Assembly: GCF_018350175.1 (NCBI RefSeq)
Contig: NC_058368.1
Span: forward strand, 179,678,001-179,742,000
DNA length: 64,000 nt
Direction: 5' to 3'
DNA from: Felis catus
Lineage: Eukaryota
Notes under the pieces: model-generated
Told to the model about the DNA's origin: nothing
The model's database searches: none
Seen by the model: the letters and a program-made list of their open reading frames with translations, nothing else
Translations under genes and position numbers: made by a program
Shown: in pieces, positions 11,746-23,900 of the stretch
How positions within the stretch are numbered: position 1 is the first letter of the stretch
How the letters are laid out: each line of letters begins with the position of its first letter

Positions 11746-12919
11746 TGTTTCTGTTGGTGGTGGTGCTGGTGGTGTTGTCATTGTCATCTCCAGCTTTGAG
11801 ACATGAGCATCATCCCAGAGCCTAGAAAATGGCAGGGACAGACTATGACTATGCAGGTTCACTTATCTCGCTGTTTCTCAGCCATGTGAGGTCGTTAGCG
11901 CTGCTAAGGGGTGACAGGGAGCCCAACCAATGTGGCCTGGCCACTTGGGTGTGACCAACTTCTTTTTGGCTGCCCTACCACAAGGCTAATAGCATAGGTA
12001 TGCTCCTTTTGACACACAGAGCCTCAGCCGGTGGAGGTCCACGCACGGGGGCTCTGCCTGCGGCTTTGGGCTTCTCTAACATCTGCACATTCACATTTGT
12101 ACCTTATGAGCAGCGTTGATGGGGGAGATGCTGACATGCAGTGCAGTGGCTTTTCTAGGAAGGCCTCTTGTCCTCAGTGGACCCAGTGTGCATTGAGCAA
12201 TAATAAATTGTATTTCCTCTCCAGTCCAGGAGGCAGGAAGCTCCAAATGGGACTCTAATTAACTCTGAAGGAACAACAGATTTCTCCAGAGCCTGGCAGT
12301 TCCGATGGGGTCTGAGAAGGTGTCACACAGCCTTAGGAAATATTTACAACCATAATGACGATGCCTCAAAAGTCGGGCTCCTGACGATACACCTCAAACA
12401 AATGTGTGTTTCTCCCTCCTCACAAGGTTCGCTGCCCTTAATTGCTACCCTGCTTCATTAAGGGGCAATTAATTTTGTGACTGGGTTTTAAAAGGCCGTA
12501 ATTATAAGGCGAGGACAAAAAGCCCATGGTTAAACATAATCAGCTGGATGTAAAAGGTGTTCCCTGGCAGATTACAGAAGGAAAGAGAGAAGGATCTTAT
12601 GTCCCAGGCAGCTGACACTTCTTTACGGTTTTTCTTTTCTCATTTCACAACTGTCTCTGCTGTTACAGGGTTGGGTGTAGAACAAGCCCATCTTTTTGAG
12701 GGTATGAGACTTAACTATCTTATAGATCTTTGATTTTGAGATATTGGCCCAGTGGGCCTTGTCCTGCCATAAAAGTCGACTAGAAGGCCTGGGCCAAGGT
12801 CAGTGACCTGAGGTCTTGAGTGGTGGGCCTGGCTTCCCAAAGAGACCAAACCCCTTTTTAGGATTTTTACATGTTAGGAGTACTTTTTATTTCAGGGTCA
12901 TTCTGGACACACATCCATT

Positions 12920-13560
12920 TCTTCATTCATCACTCATCAAACGTTTGCTGAGAGCATCGTAGACACCATGCTAGACTCTTGGGATGAAATGGTGAGTGCA
13001 ACAAGCATGTTCCATGCCGTCAAGAGTTTATACTCACGGAGGCCAGCTGAATGTTAATGAGATGATAACCCATATACATCATTAGAAGGAGGATTTTTTT
13101 TTATTTATCTAAATTCCGGTTACTGAACATACAGTGTAGTATTGGTTTCAGGACTAGAACCCAGTGATTCATCACTTCCATATAACACCCAGTGCTCATC
13201 CCAACAAGCACCTTCCTTAATGCCTGCCACCTATTTAGCCCATCCCCCACCCACCTCCCTTCCAGCATCCCTCAGTTTGTTCTCCTGCCATGAGAGAAAG
13301 GGGGGCTATGGGAGCAGAAACTGGAGACATCAGAGTGGTCACAGAAGATGACCCCAAGAAAATACTTCTGCACTGAGGGAGTGGAACTCAGTTAGCCAGG
13401 TCATGTGGGAGGGAGGGAGTATTCCAGGCCCAGGGAAGAGCGGGTATAAGGGCTCCCAAGATAAGAGTGAGTGTGACACTTCCAAAGAAGAGAAAATACA
13501 AGTCAGTGGAGTGCGGCACAGAGGTAAAGGGGGATGGGTGTCACAAGATAAAAGGGAGAA
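12920..13560 (-). mobile_element. L2 LINE fragment interrupted by a carnivore L1 3' end
   Basis: Antisense L2 tail 'ttcattcatcactcatcaaacgtttgctgagagc...', and after the L1 'agttagccagg...gagggagtattccaggcccagggaagagc'. Confidence 0.65.
13094..13284 (-). mobile_element. Carnivore L1 (L1_Carn-type) 3' end, 5'-truncated
   Basis: T-run followed by 'aacatacagtgtagtattggtttcagg...gtgattcatcacttccatataacacccagtgctcatccca...ccctcagtttgttctc'. Confidence 0.9.
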
Positions 13561-13877
13561 GCTGGGTAGCTTAATGGGCCTCACTTTTCCCATTGAAATA
13601 AAAATGGTATTGCCTTCTCTTGTCTACACCAGAGAGGATAAAGTGAGAGAATAGCTATATGATTGTGTTATCTGTGCAACAGTATTTATTAAGCTCCTGC
13701 CATGTACCAGCCTATTCCTTTGAAGTGGATAGAGAGTTAAGGCCTCAGCTTAATGTCACTATGTAATGTGAGCCGGTGACATAATAGGACCTTCTCCTTT
13801 GGTATTTCTGTATTGTTGCCCCATTTTCACCATGGACCCATGTGATCCTGCCTGTCATGAGCCTTCCCCCTCTACCC

Positions 13878-13962
13878 ATCTCTCTTTCTCTCTCTCTCTC
13901 TCCCTCCCTTTCTCTGTCTCTGTCTCTGTCTCTCTCTCACACACACACACACATACACACAC
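13878..13962. repeat. Compound (CT)n/(CTGTCT)n/(CA)n microsatellite
   Basis: Seen directly. Confidence 0.9.
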
Positions 13963-14019
13963 ATTTTTTATGCAAATAAAATTGCAGTCACACTGCAGCA
14001 AGATAGTATGGGGGTTAGG

Positions 14020-14230
14020 ATGGGGACATGGGCTTCAGTGCCATTGAGTTTATATCCTGGCTATACTAATCAGTAGCCATAGAACCTTGGAAAAGGTACT
14101 TAACTTTAAGCCTCAATTTCTACATCCGCTAAATGAAGGGGAGAACATCTTCACTGGTGGTGTTTGGATTAGATGCAACGGTCCTGGAAAGCCTTTGACA
14201 AACTTCAGGCCCTCAATAAAAGTAACAATA
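14020..14230 (+). mobile_element. MIR SINE
   Basis: 'gaaccttggaaaaggtacttaactttaagcctcaatttctacatccgctaaatg'. Confidence 0.75.
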
Positions 14231-14479
14231 GTCTTAACATTATTAGCACCCAATGGCTTATTGCGATGTTTGCTACCTAGTGGGTGCTCAATAAATGATA
14301 CAGTTATTGAAAGTAGGGTTAATGAGGACTCTTTGGGATAACGAGCAGGGACTTAACTTACACAAAAATGAGGACCCCCTGGTCATTAGGACTCATCCTC
14401 TTTTCCTCTCTGCTTCTTTCTGCATCTCAGTTTCATTCTGCCTTGGGCAAGTAGGCTTTCTTTTTGTTTAAAGACTATA

Positions 14480-14713
14480 TTTTTTTTAGAGCAGTTTTAG
14501 TTTTAGAGCAAAATTGAGAGGCAGGTACAGAAACTTCCCACAAGCCCCTGCCCCTACACATGCACAGCCTCCCCCACGATCAACATCCGTCACCGGAGTG
14601 GACATTTGTTACAACCGATGTGCCGATACTGATACATCACAATCACCCAAATCCCATAGTTTATGTTAGAGTTCAGTCTTGATGGTGTACATTCTGTGGG
14701 TCTGGACAAATGT
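14480..14713 (-). mobile_element. L1MB/L1MC-type 3' end fragment
   Basis: 'tttttttagagcagttttag...aaaattgagaggcaggtacag...tacacatgcacagcctccccc...gtacattctgtgggtctggacaaatgt'. Confidence 0.85.
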
Positions 14714-14812
14714 ACACTGATGTGCGTGCCTTCCCTTCCCTCCTTCCTGGTTTTTGTGGAAGGTGGGGGTGGACCTTTGTGGAGGTGGACCTCTGTGTGA
14801 AAGTTTGCTCTT

Positions 14813-14940
14813 GGAAGGAAGGAAGGAAGGAAGGAAGGAAGGAAGGAAGGAAGGAAGGAAGGAAGGAAGGAAGGAAGGGAGGGGAGGGAGGGAGGGAGGA
14901 AGGAAGGAAGGAAGGAAGGAAGGAAGGAAGGAAGGAAGGA
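14813..14940. repeat. (GGAA)16-(GGGA)n-(GGAA)10 tetranucleotide microsatellite
   Basis: Pure polypurine tract; unit counts read from the sequence. Confidence 0.97.
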
Positions 14941-15519
14941 CGGACAGATGGACTGCAGGGTATCATAGAGCATTTTCACTGTGAATTGGCTTTCTTAGTG
15001 TAGCAAGAAATGTGGTCTCTGGTAGCTCCAAAGACGTGTTCTTCCATCGAGTAAGCAACCTGGAAAGGGATGCAGCTATAGTATGAACAAGCCCAAACGT
15101 GGGCTCTCACTGGCTCTCCTTGGATATGTACCTCACACTCCGAGCAATCACTGTGGCCCCTGGATCCAAGGTGGGTGACTGGCAGCCCCCAACCATATGG
15201 TTGGGTTGAGGTGTGGGTATTGGGGGATGGGAACAAAGTGTCCCAGAGAGGGTGGGGCAGTTTAGCAGAGACAGCCCTTGATGAGGGCCCATGTCCAGAG
15301 TATAGCACGGTCGCAACCTACTGACACTCCTGCCCTGACCAGTCTGGTTATGTGGGCTGAGAGGATGAGGGTGTTGGGACCTAGACATTTCATGAGTCCC
15401 AGTTTATACTCTGTCTCAAAGCTAATGAACTGCTTTGCCATTTCTCTCTGTCTCTGGGCTGAATCCAGTGGGCAGTGACCCAACGCCCAAGTGATTTGTG
15501 GGCCTGAAGGAGGAGGGGA

Positions 15520-15930
15520 GAAGCTGATTATGGAGTCAGCAATTACTCTGCCCAAGCCCATGCCTGGCAGGGCCTTATCTTTATTTATAGCTGGCTGAGC
15601 CTCCCAGAGCCCAGTTTTTGCCCTTGAGTGACTAGTGCACTGCAGTTTTAGTTCATAAAACACTGTTTGTTTATAATCCTTAACGGATTCTGTTTTATTA
15701 AAAGAGAAGGCTCCATCCAGAGTATAAATAAAGTTAACTGGTTAAGTTTTAGTTTATATCCACAGTGAATATGCAATGGATGGGCATTCACCGCAGAATT
15801 ATGCACACTCATGACCTAACTTTATTAATTTTTTTAAAGGTCTCTGTGGCCTGGACAAAACCTTTTCCAAAGCAGGGCGGGTTAGAGTGGAGGAATTTAA
15901 GAACCTAAAATCAGCTTTGTGGCAGTGGGT
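15520..15930. promoter_or_regulatory. Putative enhancer-like island rich in TTTAT/ATAAA (HOX/CDX-like) and FOX motifs
   Basis: Repeat-free AT-rich block containing tcataaaa, tgtttgtttat, ttttattaaaa, tataaataaa and tttattaa. Conservation is not verified. Confidence 0.35.
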
Positions 15931-16149
15931 TTTTTTTTTCTTTTTAGTTACTTGTGTTTTTTGTTTGTGTATCGCAGGCAATATGTCTTCACGTCCAATT
16001 CTGTGATTTGGGGGATGAAATTAGGGTAGACTCAGATATGTTTCTATTTTACTGTGTGTATGAGTATAAAAGAATGTGTGTGTGTGTAAGAGTGTGGGGG
16101 GGGGGGGCGGGAGGAAGAGAGAGATTGAGCGAGAGAGCACAACCCAGGG

Positions 16150-16430
16150 AATAGTGAAGGCTTCTTGGAGCAGGTGGCATGGAGCTGAATCTAGAAGGAT
16201 AGATCAGATTCTGACCAAAAAGCAAAAAGGAAGGAAAAAACCATGAGTCAAATTCATGCTCAAGGGGGCAGTTGAGGTTGTTTATGGTATTGCATGAGGA
16301 TTAATCTGTCAGGAGCATGAAGATGACACAGGGGAGACCGGATTCAAGGATAGGGTCACCCGCTGTCAGATCAAAGGTTTTTATACTTGACTTAGAAGGC
16401 AGTGGGAACCGCTGATTTTCTGAGGTGGGG
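16150..16430 (-). mobile_element. L2 LINE fragment
   Basis: 'gaaggcttcttggagcaggtggcatggagctgaatctagaaggatag...ggcagtgggaaccgctga'. Confidence 0.65.
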
Positions 16431-18534
16431 GAGGGGCGTGTTGGCCTTACCCTTTGGCTTGTGTGACTCTTCCAACTGGCACCATCCCTCTTCCCTCTTT
16501 TAACCAGTATCTTTCCTGAACCCTGGAAGAACAGCCCCACATCACTCTCCTGATTGCCCCTCACCCTAGCCTTCCTTCTCTTCCTCCTGGTCTTTGTGGT
16601 TGCTGCAGCCCCAGGTGCAGGTGGGCCTCTGTGTGAAGGTTTGCTCTTGGAAGGAAAGATGGGCAACTTCAAGGTCTCTTCGAAGTGAATGGCTCTGAAT
16701 TTCTTACCCAAGACCTCCCAGGGCTCCAGGAGTTTCTGAGTCAATTTGGCCGCTGGCAGGCAGAACAGTGTTTCAGGTCTTTCTGCAGCAGCCTTGACGA
16801 GGGCAAATAAGCCCAGGTGTGAAGACGGGATTTTTCAAGGCAGTGAAGCTCCAGGGGATGAGGGGGGTGTCCTGCCTGCATCCTCCCTCCCTTCTGGGTT
16901 TTCTTCCAATAAATATATATTTATTAAGCGCCTGTTATATACTTGCCATTCTGCATCGCATGTTCCACTTTCTCTCCTTGGAGGGACCTGGAAGGGTTTC
17001 TTGAGAAAGAGAGAAAACAACCGCAAGTATCATCATTACCCTTATACACTTAGGAAGGCATGACAAGTAATTGGCCTATTTGTTGAGACTCTCCCCCTGT
17101 GCCCATGGTAGACATCACAAATAGATCACAAGACACCATCTCGTAGAGCCTGGAAGATGCCTCAGAACCACTCTTGACACAATGCTCCAGGCAGCAATTT
17201 GCAGTTAGTACGACTGGGCTTCTAGGATTGCCCCCTGCATATCTGACATCCTCACTCTATACCAGCTGGGCATAGCTGACTTCCTTCACACAGGGCTTCC
17301 TGGCATGCCTAGAGGTCCATGTATGCCCCACTCCTCTTGCCCTGCATCCTATACCGTTTCTGTAGACACAGCGGCCTCCCCTAGAAACTGGCAGTTGATA
17401 TTTGAGCTTGGGGAGGCAAGTGTTGTATGCAGGGTTTACTGCTGCAGAAAACAGAAGCCTGGGCCCTCTTCTGGGCTTGGCTTTACTGCTTAGGACCTTG
17501 GGCAAATCAGCTCACCTGCCTGGGTCTTGGTTTCATCATCATTAAAAGGAGAGAGTGGATGAAGTGGTATCTTGTGTCCCGTCCAGCTCTGGCATTTTCT
17601 GATCTGATCAATCAATGAAAATGATCTGATCAATGAAGATACTTCCCTTTCAAATCTAAGAAACTAAGTTCCAGTCTTTTCTTTAGTGACAGAAAAAATA
17701 ACAAGGGGAAAAAAGGCAAAATGGGTTTCTGGTTTTTATTACTATCTATGAGCCATATACATAAATATAACTAAGATCTCCATCACCCATAACTGAGCAG
17801 AACTCAGTGCTGGGTCTCCACTTTGACTGTTGGCATCATTATCACATCTCTTGAGTTCCTTGTTCCCTGGGTCCCTGTTCCTGGCCTAATTTACATATCC
17901 CTGAAGCCTGCAGAAGAAAGTGATGGGAGTCCCTGGAGCTCTTTATGCACAGACATGGCTCCATCCCCAGCCTGCCCGTCATGAGGGTGGCAGGTCTTAA
18001 CATCCCCTGGACTCTTGTTCCTGAGCCAACCCTGGTTCAAGAGCCTTGCAGACCCCTCCACCAGGAAGTAGAATCTGTTTCTGGCTCTGATGAGGGCCAC
18101 GGGGGAGGTGGCAGGCGGCCAGGCTCCCCCTCCCTGCTGAGGCATGCTCGCTGCATTCGCAGTGTTTGAGCTGTGGTTAATATATCAATATTTGCTCGGG
18201 AGGGTATTTGGCACAGAGTGGGTCCCTGGGAAGCCGGCAGATAGATTGCCTTCTCTTGTAGCATTCTTTGTTTTCTGGAAGGGGTGGAGGGGTCCCTAGC
18301 TGCTGACAAGAGGCATGGAAAAGGAGCCCCTACTTTTCTCATGAACACTTCCATCTCACAACTTGGCACTGTATGATGTTGTCAGTGCCTCATGTTGTCC
18401 CCCATCATTTACTATTTCCCCGTGTACCTCACTCCCCCCGCCTCTGCTAGAATTCTGTTCCTTAAACTCACAGTTATTTCAGCCACTCCACTGAAAGCCC
18501 CTGGGGGTCAGGCTAGTGCTAGGAGGGGTGCAGC

Positions 18535-18770
18535 TTAGTAGAGGCGAATGTGGGCCAGAAGCAGTCTGCCTGGGATGACTCCTGCTCCCTTTGTCTAGAC
18601 ACACACACTGGGCAAGCTCCTTGCTCTCCCACAGTCTCCTGTATCCCTCTGGAAAGTGACAGGGAGGATGATAGAAAAGCTATGAGGATTAACTAGTAAC
18701 ACCTATGCAAAGCAGTTAGCAAAACACCCCATGCATAGTAAGTGCTCAGTAAAGGTTGGATCTTGGTAAT
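18535..18770 (+). mobile_element. MIR SINE
   Basis: 'tgaggattaactag...atgcaaagcagttagc...catagtaagtgctcagtaaa'. Confidence 0.75.
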
Positions 18771-19560
18771 CATTGTTTTTCTTTTTCAGTAAATGTCTAA
18801 TGATTCTTGTGTCGTTTTGCCTGCCCTAAGTTTCTGGAGGACGAGGACTGAAACCTGGATTTCTTCTCTAGTTTTTCTGTCTCTCCTAGAGCAGGATTGG
18901 CTCCTTACAACTTTGGGGTTTTAATCTAAATGTTCCTTATCAAAGGCTGGTGCCCTCACAGCCCTAGGAAGTGGCATCCACAGAGAAACCACCAGCACCA
19001 AGGAGAAAACTTGTCCCTGAACTTGGGACAGGGCTTGCCAGTGGAAGATGAGAGGAGGAACCTTCTGTCTATGATCTCTTTAGGAAGCACATTGAAAGAG
19101 GACCCAGACCTCCTGGAAGGCCTGGAATAGTGGGGCCTAGATGTAGGCAGCCATTCTCAACTGTGATCAATGTAAGAAATCTGCTATTTCTCCTACTCCT
19201 GGGGCTTGCAGGTGGTTACTTCAAAACTCAGAACAATATCCTCTGTAACAATGTTATAGGGACATTTCCATTCTAGAATAGAAGTTGTGAGTCAGGGATT
19301 GCATAACAGCTTGGGGTACCCAGCATTTGGTACACCTAGGATATGCCCGTGCACCTGTGTCATGCATGGAGGTGTTAGCAACTGAGGTGCCACAGGGAGG
19401 CAGGGGGAGATAAGACTTGTGGTACCATGGGACAAGACTGACTCATACAGGTCAGTACAGAACAGCTAGAGTACGGGAACTTACTATGTGGAGGCTCTGA
19501 CAGGATAAGCACTTTATCACAGTCTCTCCTTTAGTCTTTCCAGCAGTTCTATGAAGCAGG

Positions 19561-19968
19561 TGTCTCAGCTCATGCTCTCTAGGAGCAGAGCCTGAGCCAG
19601 GGATTCTTGGACAAGTGATTTGTTGAGAAAGTGAGGGAAGCGGGATAGGATGGGGGAGGAAGCCAAGCAAAGATGTGGCTGCAGGAAAAATCCAGTCTCT
19701 GCCTGACCCCAGAGGGAGCGCTGGCACCACAGATCTGTTCTCACTTGAGGCAGGGCGGCTGGGCTTCTGTTCTCTGGTGTCAATCAGTCACTGGCTATAG
19801 GTCATACTTCCCAGGAGGGTGTGTGGCATCACTTTCTATGCATTTCGGGAGTGACTCCTGTATTCCAAGGGCAGCTTTATGCTATTAGCAGCCAAACCCC
19901 AGCTGGGGGACCAGTGTACCAACCAGGAAAAAGGGAACTGGGTGGGACACCCAACAGCTTGCCGACCA
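19561..19968 (-). mobile_element. Ancient ERVL solo LTR (LTR33-like)
   Basis: Starts TGTCT..'ctaggagcagagcctgagccagggattc..caagtgatttgttgag' and ends 'gtgggacacccaacagc..ca', matching the recalled antisense LTR33 consensus. Confidence 0.6.
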
Positions 19969-19979
19969 TCTGGTCAGTA

Positions 19980-20110
19980 CAATTAATAGCCCCATTTTCC
20001 ATATCAGTAAACTGAGGTCTAGAGTGTTCATGTAATTGGTCTATAGCTGTGTAGAGCCAGAAATCAAACCTAGGCATCTGTCTCCAAGCCTTTGGTCTGG
20101 CATGACTTGT
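19980..20110 (-). mobile_element. MIR fragment
   Basis: 'atagccccattttccatatcagtaaactgagg...agagccagaaatcaaacctaggc'. Confidence 0.7.
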
Positions 20111-20727
20111 ATTCCCTCTCCTGTTAACTCCAGTGTCCCTGCTGAGGGCCAAGTAGGAATTGGTAAACCAGAGATAGATAAGACATGTGCTCAGGAGGCC
20201 TGGAGAAAGGTCATCAGAGGAGCCCAAGGGGCAAGACCAGACTTTAAGGTTCTAGAGTATGACCAAATCATCCTTCTTTGCCCAGGACTTTCCCAGTTTT
20301 GACGCTGAAAACTCTGCATCCTGGGAACCCTGTCACTCCTGGGCAAATCAGGTGGGTGGGTCAGCCTGGCTGGGAGAAAGGTAAGAATGTGAGGGACCTT
20401 ATGCTTGGTGGTGTCAGGTGAGGCAGGGTTAATGGTAATTAGAGCTACCATTTCCTGGGCTACTAAAGTCACAGCCACCTTACCTAGAGGCTGTTTGGGG
20501 AACATAGGTATGGGGGACTAAGCCAGGAAAAGCCCCTGGCAGGGGGGTATCCTGTCCAGGAGCTGAGCAGAGAGGGTGGTCTGAGATCCAGGGTGGGCTA
20601 ATGAGAGGAGAGACTTGGATGGCTCAAAGAAGGGGAGGGGAGTGAGTTACCAGTCCCCTGAGGCCTCCTCGGGGAGCTTGCCAGAAATAGATACCCTTCT
20701 CCTGCCTCAAAGCAGGCTGTGTGTTTG

Positions 20728-20728
<1 letters not shown>

Positions 20729-20796
<68 letters not shown>

Positions 20797-20803
20797 AGAG
20801 AGA
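20729..20803. repeat. Compound (TG)n(AG)n microsatellite
   Basis: A TG run directly followed by an AG run. Confidence 0.95.
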
Positions 20804-21129
20804 GAAGGGCGTGATGTACATTTGAATTTATTTGTGCATTTATTTGTCCCATTAAGTTCCTACCCCATCCATAGGGTAAAATAGGCTCCTGTGCTTTTGA
20901 AAAACCCCATCACCTGAATCTGAGTAATATTCTGCAGACCTAATAAGAAAAGCTATCAAGAAGCCAGGAGCCAGGAAACTCATGAATAATCATGTCCTTT
21001 GGTGAAGCTTCCTGGGGAAGAGTCAATGAAGGTGATTAAGACCTGAGGTCCAGAAGTCTAAAGCAAAAAAGTGGGTTCTGGATCCCCAGGGTTGAGCCCT
21101 GGGCTATAATGGGTCAGCAGTTATACATA

Positions 21130-21202
21130 ATACACATTATACACACACACATACACTCACACATATGTATTCATGTATGTGTATACACACACACCTATAC
21201 AT

Positions 21203-21247
<45 letters not shown>
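21130..21247. repeat. (CA)n microsatellite with degenerate CA/TA lead-in
   Basis: Perfect CA run at ~21205-21247. Confidence 0.9.
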
Positions 21248-21250
<3 letters not shown>

Positions 21251-22368
21251 TCTCTGTAGCCAGAAAAACATGCTGGCCCATTCTCCACATGGGAAAGCTG
21301 AGCCCAGGCCCCTACCTATGGGTTAGGCTTGTTTTTCGGAGTTGAAAGAAAGGTCCAGGGGTCACCAGGTTTAACCTCCAAGGTGGTCAAATTGCATTGT
21401 TGACACATGGTCCAGTCTGACCACATGATTGGACTGCTGTCTCCCGCCACCTTAGGAATGAAAGTGCTCACTTGATTTTCCAGCAGCCTAGGAGTGAGAA
21501 GCAGCCCTGCCTCTGTGGCAAAATGCCCCACCTCAGTGTCAGGAAGCCCTGCCTTGGTGGCAGGTGGTGGAAGGAAGTGTAAGGCGTGCCCAGGACATGG
21601 CAGCAAGGGTTTGGAGGGATGTTGGGAAAGTAGCAAGCCAGTACAAGAGGCAGTGCCCACTGGCTCCCTTTTATTTGGAGTCTTTGGGTTCACCATGGAT
21701 ATTTCCATCTCATGCTGCTTTTCTAACAGTCCCTAATCAGCATTTCCTCCTGAGCGGTCTGCCACTTTGGAGGAAGACTCTGGGGAAGGGGCCCCCCTCC
21801 TCCCAGCCCTGGCCTCTGACTGTGGTGTCCAGCCTGGCTCCTCTCCATACAGTAGTGAAATGGAGAGAGATTATTCCTAGTTCTCCCTATCTGGCATTCT
21901 GACCTCTCTGTTAAATAAAGGTGATAATGGCAGGACTGACTGAGACATGCCTTCCTGGGAACCAAGTCTAAAGTCTCTTCTTGGTCTCCGGGGTCAAAGA
22001 ATGCTGTCCCATTTAGACAGATCTTCCCAGCTTGCCCTAGGGGTGAAGGGGGAGTGGGGAGAAAGATCCTGGAAGGCCAAGGCTGGGAGCCAGGTTCAAG
22101 GTCTTGGGGCTTCTGTAGCCCAGGCCTTTCCCAGCATCCCATGTTTGTAAAACTTGTTGATGTTTTTTGTCTGTGGCCCACAGGAATACACACATATCCT
22201 TGACGTCACAACCAAGTGAACAAATGCATGCAAATATATAGGTGCCGAAAAAAGAGGATCATGAAATGGTACTTACCCTTCTGGTTTCACTGGTGGTGAG
22301 AGTAAGCATTGTTTCCATGTTTCTGGTCATTTCTATGCGATTTCATGTTTCTGTGAGTGTTAGTCTTT

Positions 22369-22583
22369 TTTTTTTTTTTCAACATTTATTTATTTTTTGG
22401 GACAGAGAGAGACAGAGCATGAATGGGGGAGGGGCAGAGAGAGAGGGAGACACAGAATCGGAAACAGGCTCCAGGCTCTGAGCCATCAGCCCAGAGCCCG
22501 ATGCGGGGCTCAAATTCACAGACCGCGAGATCGTGACCTGGCTGAAGTCGGATGCTTAGCCGACTGCGCCACCCAGGCGCCCC
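22369..22583 (-). mobile_element. Young Can-SINE (SINEC_Fc-type)
   Basis: Full-length antisense copy with a perfect 17-bp TSD tgtgagtgttagtcttt at 22352-22368 and 22584-22600. Confidence 0.97.
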
Positions 22584-22749
22584 TGTGAGTGTTAGTCTTT
22601 GACAACCACTGAATTGGTCTCATGAATCCAGAAGTAGACAACCACCCACAGGTGGAGAGAGCAACGATTCAGTCTACACTCTCACTTTGTAGAAGAGAAA
22701 ACAGGTGCACAGTGAGGGAAATGACACCCAAGGCTGGATATAATCACCT

Positions 22750-23400
22750 AGGTTTATTGAGCAGTTACTACATGCCAGGAACTGCCTAAGGTGGATACAT
22801 AGTAGTGAGCAAAACACATGTGATCTGTATCCCCCAGATGCTTAGAGTCTCGTGGGGGTGGTACACATTGAACAGTTAAAAGAACAAATTGGCATATAAA
22901 ATTATAGCATGAAATGTGATCAACTATGGGAAAGGAAGCCGGGAGCTTTAGTGGAGACCAGCTGGGGTCAGGGAGGGGTAGGGACTCCTTTTTGTAGGGT
23001 GGTCGGAAAGCTCTCCCTGTGGCTACGAAAGCTAGGTCCAGTCCTGTGGAAGAGACAGTTACGGAGGGGTGGGGGATGGAGGAGGACAGGAGCCAGAGGA
23101 GTGGCAGAGGAGTGTGCTGAGCAAGGGAAGTGGCCAATGTGAAGACCTCGGGTAGAAGAGGAATTGAACCTGAACTGAAGGAAAGACAGTGTGGCTGGAG
23201 CTCAGTGTCCCTAGGCGGTCAGGGGGAGGCATAGGAGCGCTTTTGGCCTTTGGATCTTATTCTGAGGTCACTGGGAGCGTTGAAAGATCTTAAATCACGT
23301 ATGTGACATGATCTGACTTATGGCTTTAAAATATTCCCTTGGCTGCCATGTGGAGAAGAGATTGGATGGGGCAAGTATGGAAAGAAGGAGAGATCTGTCG
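22750..23400 (-). mobile_element. L2 LINE 3' portion
   Basis: 'tttattgagcagttactacatgccagg...gtgtggctggagc...gtgacatgatctgactta...ggctgccatgtggagaa'. Confidence 0.8.
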
Positions 23401-23469
23401 ATTTTTGTCTGCAAAGTCTCAAGAAGGAGGCCAGTGGGTCTGCCTTTGTAGTGGCCCAGATCTATGCAC

Positions 23470-23900
23470 ACTTAAAAAGACTGCACTATTAATGAAACGT
23501 TGGCATCTTAGGAAATGATAAAACAGGCTGCTACATGTAAAAATTAAGTAACTCAATTTGTTTTAACAGCTTGTGCTCTAGTACAGCAATTTGTTTGGCA
23601 TATACACAGGCTCCATCTGAACAGTAATTATGCCATGCTAATTATTTTACTGCATTGTGTACATCTGACATTTAGTTACGGGCAAGTGTGTGAGAGTAGA
23701 TTTTCTTCCTCCCTCCACCTGCCTGACAGGTAGTTTTGTTTCCCATACCTCTTTTCCACCTACATTGTCTTTATGCCAACTTGTCATCTGCAACGAAATC
23801 GTGTTTCCATGACAGCTTTGCTCAGCCATGTTGCCTGCAACTAGCAGACAATCACCAAAATAAACAGTTGACACAGATGTCATTCTCATCCTCCCATTCT
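23470..23900. promoter_or_regulatory. Putative enhancer-like non-repetitive island
   Basis: Repeat-free, with TAATTA, several TGACA/TGTCA and AATAAACA (FOX-like) motifs. Conservation is not verified. Confidence 0.3.

Noticed and set aside
14590..15003. ORFs with PSFL/EGRK repeats
   Set aside because: These are translations of the (GGAA)n microsatellite.
15762..15793. Small hairpin gtgaat..gc / gcattcac as a possible miRNA
   Set aside because: The stem is too short and interrupted for a pre-miRNA.
17600..17637. Short tandem duplication tgatctgatcaat..gaa x2
   Set aside because: An ordinary slippage-type duplication with no further structure.
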